64,000 bases of DNA from positions 62,001-126,000 of IMG/VR virus record IMGVR_UViG_3300029908_000004; one strand, written 5' to 3'. Below are positions 60,965 through 64,000 of this stretch, one piece after another; position 1 is the stretch's first letter; each line of letters begins with the position of its first letter. Made by a program: the position numbers and the translations under genes. The notes under the pieces were generated by a model. It was not told the DNA's origin, made no database searches, and was given only the letters and a program-made list of their open reading frames with translations.

Positions 60965-63265
60965 ATGAGTAATAGTAAAACAGCAAATACATTAGATATT
61001 GAAAAAATAGGACGTCAACAGCGTTTAGAAAATTGGTTAGAAAGAGACCAATCTAAATCTATTTCGTCCTTCAAACGCCGTATAAACGGAAAGACATTAG
61101 AGCCCTTTGTGGAAGGTTTAGGAGATAGGTCCAAGATGAAGATGCCTCTTCCTTGGAGACCTATGTCTACCCGTTCTGTAGAAGATGAAAAAGCAGCAGA
61201 TGGTGGAAGGGCTATTGACCCTTCATCAGCTTCTATTAAGCTAGCCAAGGCTAGTGATTATATGGGTACTTATCATGGCCACAATGGAATCTTACGTCCA
61301 GAATATGACATGTTAGAACCATTCGTTATTGCTGATACCGAGGTATACGTCAAGCAAGCAATCGTTCGTAGACAAGCTTTAATGTTCCGGAATGGGTTTG
61401 AATTAGTTAGTGACTTTGACAAGGATACACAACAAGGACAAAAGAATGTAGATTATATACAGGCTCGTTTTGATGTAATGGAGTATGTGACAAATAGGGC
61501 CACAGAGATCTTTCTAAAAGACATTTTGTATAATCTTGAATTATGTTCTAATTGTTTTCTGCGGAAGATTCGTGATGAGAAAGCATCGCCCGGTGTAAAG
61601 CAAGATAATAATAATAAAAGAATTCCTGTTGCTGGGTATCAAATCATTCCAGCACATCAAATAATGCCTTATCTAAAGAGTGGTGTTATTATTAAGTGGC
61701 GCAGATACTTCGATACCGGTATGCCATTCGAAGACATCCCTCTTGAAGATATTATACATTTGAAGTGGGATGTTAAGCCAAGTCACATCTTTGGCACTCC
61801 ACGTACAATTGGGGTTAGAGATGATATATTTGCGCTTCGCCGGTTGGAAGAGAACATAGAGCTCTTATTTATAAACCATCTATTTCCTTTATTCCATGTA
61901 AAAGTTGGTAATGAAAAAGCTCCGTGTACTTATACTTCAGACGGTAACTCAGAAATAGATCTAATCCGATATCAGATCGAAGCCATGCCAAAAGAGGGTA
62001 TCTTCGTTACTGATGAAAGAGTTGAGATAGAAGCCGTTGGTGCTAGCGGGGAATCTCTTGATACTAAGGACATCATTACCCATTTAAAGGGAAGGGTGTT
62101 TACAGGTCTAGGGGTATCCCCTTTAGACATGGGCGAAGGGGACTCGGCTAATAGAGCTACCGCTGATAATATCTCCCAGAATCTGAAAGATGCTATAAAA
62201 GCGGATCAGGAAACATTTGCCCATTTAATTCGTATCTGGATATTTAAAGAGTGGTTTCTAGAAGCTCCTTATTCATTGTCTGTTCAAAGAGCTGTGGCAT
62301 CTACTCATCTAGCGTTCCATGAGATAGATTTGGATAACCTGATTAAAGAACAGAATCATATTATCCAGCTATACACCAACCATCTTATTACCGAAACAGA
62401 AGCTCGTAAGAAGATACATAAGAAGCCTATGGATAACTCCATGCGTAAAGAAACCCATTACAAGCAGCACATCGTTGACTTGGTATGGGAAGAAGCTGAA
62501 GCTAAAGCTGATGCCCAGATTAAGATTACCGAAGCTCAAACTGAACAACAGAAGGCTTTACTTACCCATCAGACTAAAGAAACAGAAAAGGGTGCTTCAA
62601 CTCAAATGTCTCTATTAAAGGCCGAAGCCGAAGCAGAAGGAAAGAAAGCACAGGCCCAAGTAATAAAGGCGGAAGCTCAGCACAAAGTCTTGAAAGCTAA
62701 GACTGCCCATGCTATAGCTACTGGTGGTGGGAAGGCTGTGAAGAAAGCCACACCATCAGCTAAGACAACTAAGAATAAGAATATGCCTACTAACCAACAT
62801 GGTACTAACCCCGGACCAACGAAGGCTAAAAGCTCTCTGGAATTCATGAAACTCCTAAAAGATAGGCTAACAGAGCTTCGATCTAACGTAATTAACCTTG
62901 AACAATGGTCAGTAGTATCAGCAAAAGTGATAGATGATTTAAATTTGGAATTTGAGGACTCCCAAACCATTGATGACACAGAGAATTCCTATACTAATCA
63001 GATACGAACGGGATTAGATAGACTAAAGAATATAGTTGGACTAACCCACGACCCAGAAATCTTAAGTATCTTGTTAGACAGCTGGCTTGAATCAGAGGAA
63101 TTAGAAGATGTCGAACACACAGCGGTGGAATCAGTTACCGGAAGGCTGGAGGACAGTGAAGCACCCAACAACGAGAGTGCCATTGGACCAAGCAATTCAG
63201 AACCCAGCGATAATCCCACGAGAGGGAAGACCAACAACGAAGACTCCCTTACCACAGTCGAATAG
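60965..63265 (+). CDS. portal protein
   Basis: EDIIHLKW...IFGTP, GLGVSPLDMGEGDSANRATA, HLITETEARKKI portal-type motifs; position after terL. Confidence 0.85.
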   Translation: MSNSKTANTLDIEKIGRQQRLENWLERDQSKSISSFKRRINGKTLEPFVEGLGDRSKMKMPLPWRPMSTRSVEDEKAADGGRAIDPSSASIKLAKASDYMGTYHGHNGILRPEYDMLEPFVIADTEVYVKQAIVRRQALMFRNGFELVSDFDKDTQQGQKNVDYIQARFDVMEYVTNRATEIFLKDILYNLELCSNCFLRKIRDEKASPGVKQDNNNKRIPVAGYQIIPAHQIMPYLKSGVIIKWRRYFDTGMPFEDIPLEDIIHLKWDVKPSHIFGTPRTIGVRDDIFALRRLEENIELLFINHLFPLFHVKVGNEKAPCTYTSDGNSEIDLIRYQIEAMPKEGIFVTDERVEIEAVGASGESLDTKDIITHLKGRVFTGLGVSPLDMGEGDSANRATADNISQNLKDAIKADQETFAHLIRIWIFKEWFLEAPYSLSVQRAVASTHLAFHEIDLDNLIKEQNHIIQLYTNHLITETEARKKIHKKPMDNSMRKETHYKQHIVDLVWEEAEAKADAQIKITEAQTEQQKALLTHQTKETEKGASTQMSLLKAEAEAEGKKAQAQVIKAEAQHKVLKAKTAHAIATGGGKAVKKATPSAKTTKNKNMPTNQHGTNPGPTKAKSSLEFMKLLKDRLTELRSNVINLEQWSVVSAKVIDDLNLEFEDSQTIDDTENSYTNQIRTGLDRLKNIVGLTHDPEILSILLDSWLESEELEDVEHTAVESVTGRLEDSEAPNNESAIGPSNSEPSDNPTRGKTNNEDSLTTVE

Positions 63266-63292
63266 AATAGTTAACCCATTTAAGGAAAAGTA

Positions 63293-64000
63293 ATGTCTTG
63301 GATCCGTATGAGGGACTTTGTTAGTGGTCCCACAAAGAAGATAATTAGAGTTGATAACCATAAAGTAATGGATTCAGAGAGTAAATCAGAATCATTACTT
63401 ATCTATGTAGCAGCTACACATGCTGGCATAGTTAATGGTAACTCTCGCTTTTATCGTCCCGACAGGATGCAGGAAAGCACAACATCTTGGTTGCCTAAGA
63501 ATAGATTTCCAAAGCCAGTACTAATAGGACATAACGAAGACGGTCAGGTTCTCGGACGTGTAATGTCAGCAAGATATGTCGACGAAAGTCATAAATATGT
63601 TGTTGATTTTCCTACCGTTCGAGATTCTGTATTTTATAAATCAGCAGCAGATAAAAGAGTTGGTTTATACGAGTCTATAGATTGGATAGTTGATAACCTA
63701 CAAGAGCAGGATGAATACGCAGGCTTAGGTTATATAGAATTAGGATCAAAGATTACTAATCCAGAGGGTATTCAAAGAGTTCTTCGTGATGAGTACCTTA
63801 CAGTCTCAGTAGGTTTCAAAACAGATTCTGCTATTTGTAGCATTTGTCACACTGATTGGGCGCAAGAAGATAAATGCGAACACAAAATGGGCGAATTATA
63901 CGATAAGAAGAAAATGTTTATTATCAGCGGTAGATTTGAATACGACGAGCTATCGTTTGTGAATTTCCCTGCTGATCCATTTGCTGGCGTAGTCTCTAAG
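63293..64000 (+). CDS. prohead (maturation) protease, truncated by the window end
   Basis: Manual translation: ATHAG..NGN.RFY, KPVLIGHN, LGRV, YLTVSVG, CSIC..CEH insert, ELSFVNFPADPFA; directly after the portal. Confidence 0.85.
   Translation, partial: MSWIRMRDFVSGPTKKIIRVDNHKVMDSESKSESLLIYVAATHAGIVNGNSRFYRPDRMQESTTSWLPKNRFPKPVLIGHNEDGQVLGRVMSARYVDESHKYVVDFPTVRDSVFYKSAADKRVGLYESIDWIVDNLQEQDEYAGLGYIELGSKITNPEGIQRVLRDEYLTVSVGFKTDSAICSICHTDWAQEDKCEHKMGELYDKKKMFIISGRFEYDELSFVNFPADPFAGVVSK

Noticed and set aside
1-64000. Stop-codon reassignment
   Set aside because: Long conserved genes are intact under the standard code, and TAA, TAG and TGA all end genes at sensible positions

Overview
A 64 kb segment of a large (jumbo-type) tailed bacteriophage genome. 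Positions 1-49.3 kb are almost entirely minus-strand accessory/early genes. These include two CAU tRNAs, Dps, PspA plus a TPM protein, a CCA-adding enzyme, SPFH, a HAD phosphatase, a PurA-like and vWA pair, an ATP-dependent ligase with a LigD phosphoesterase-like N-terminus, a GT2, SLOG proteins and a single-subunit two-barrel (YonO/RdRP-like) RNA polymerase. From about 49.4 kb transcription switches to the plus strand for a head module (terminase large subunit, portal, prohead protease). The standout is at 38784-40060: a stand-alone Cas7/RAMP-like gene preceded by a non-coding array that is not a CRISPR. It has twelve 8-nt repeats (consensus RGYGGCAR on the sense strand) separated by spacers whose lengths are all multiples of 5 nt, and all 57 spacer pentamers carry a pyrimidine at position 3. 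This looks like a phage-encoded RNA-guided system with a 5-nt periodic, probably non-contiguous guide code. Several other structured non-coding RNAs are present, including a tRNA-Lys-like RNA with two extra arms. All calls come from manual motif reading; no database searches or folding programs were run.
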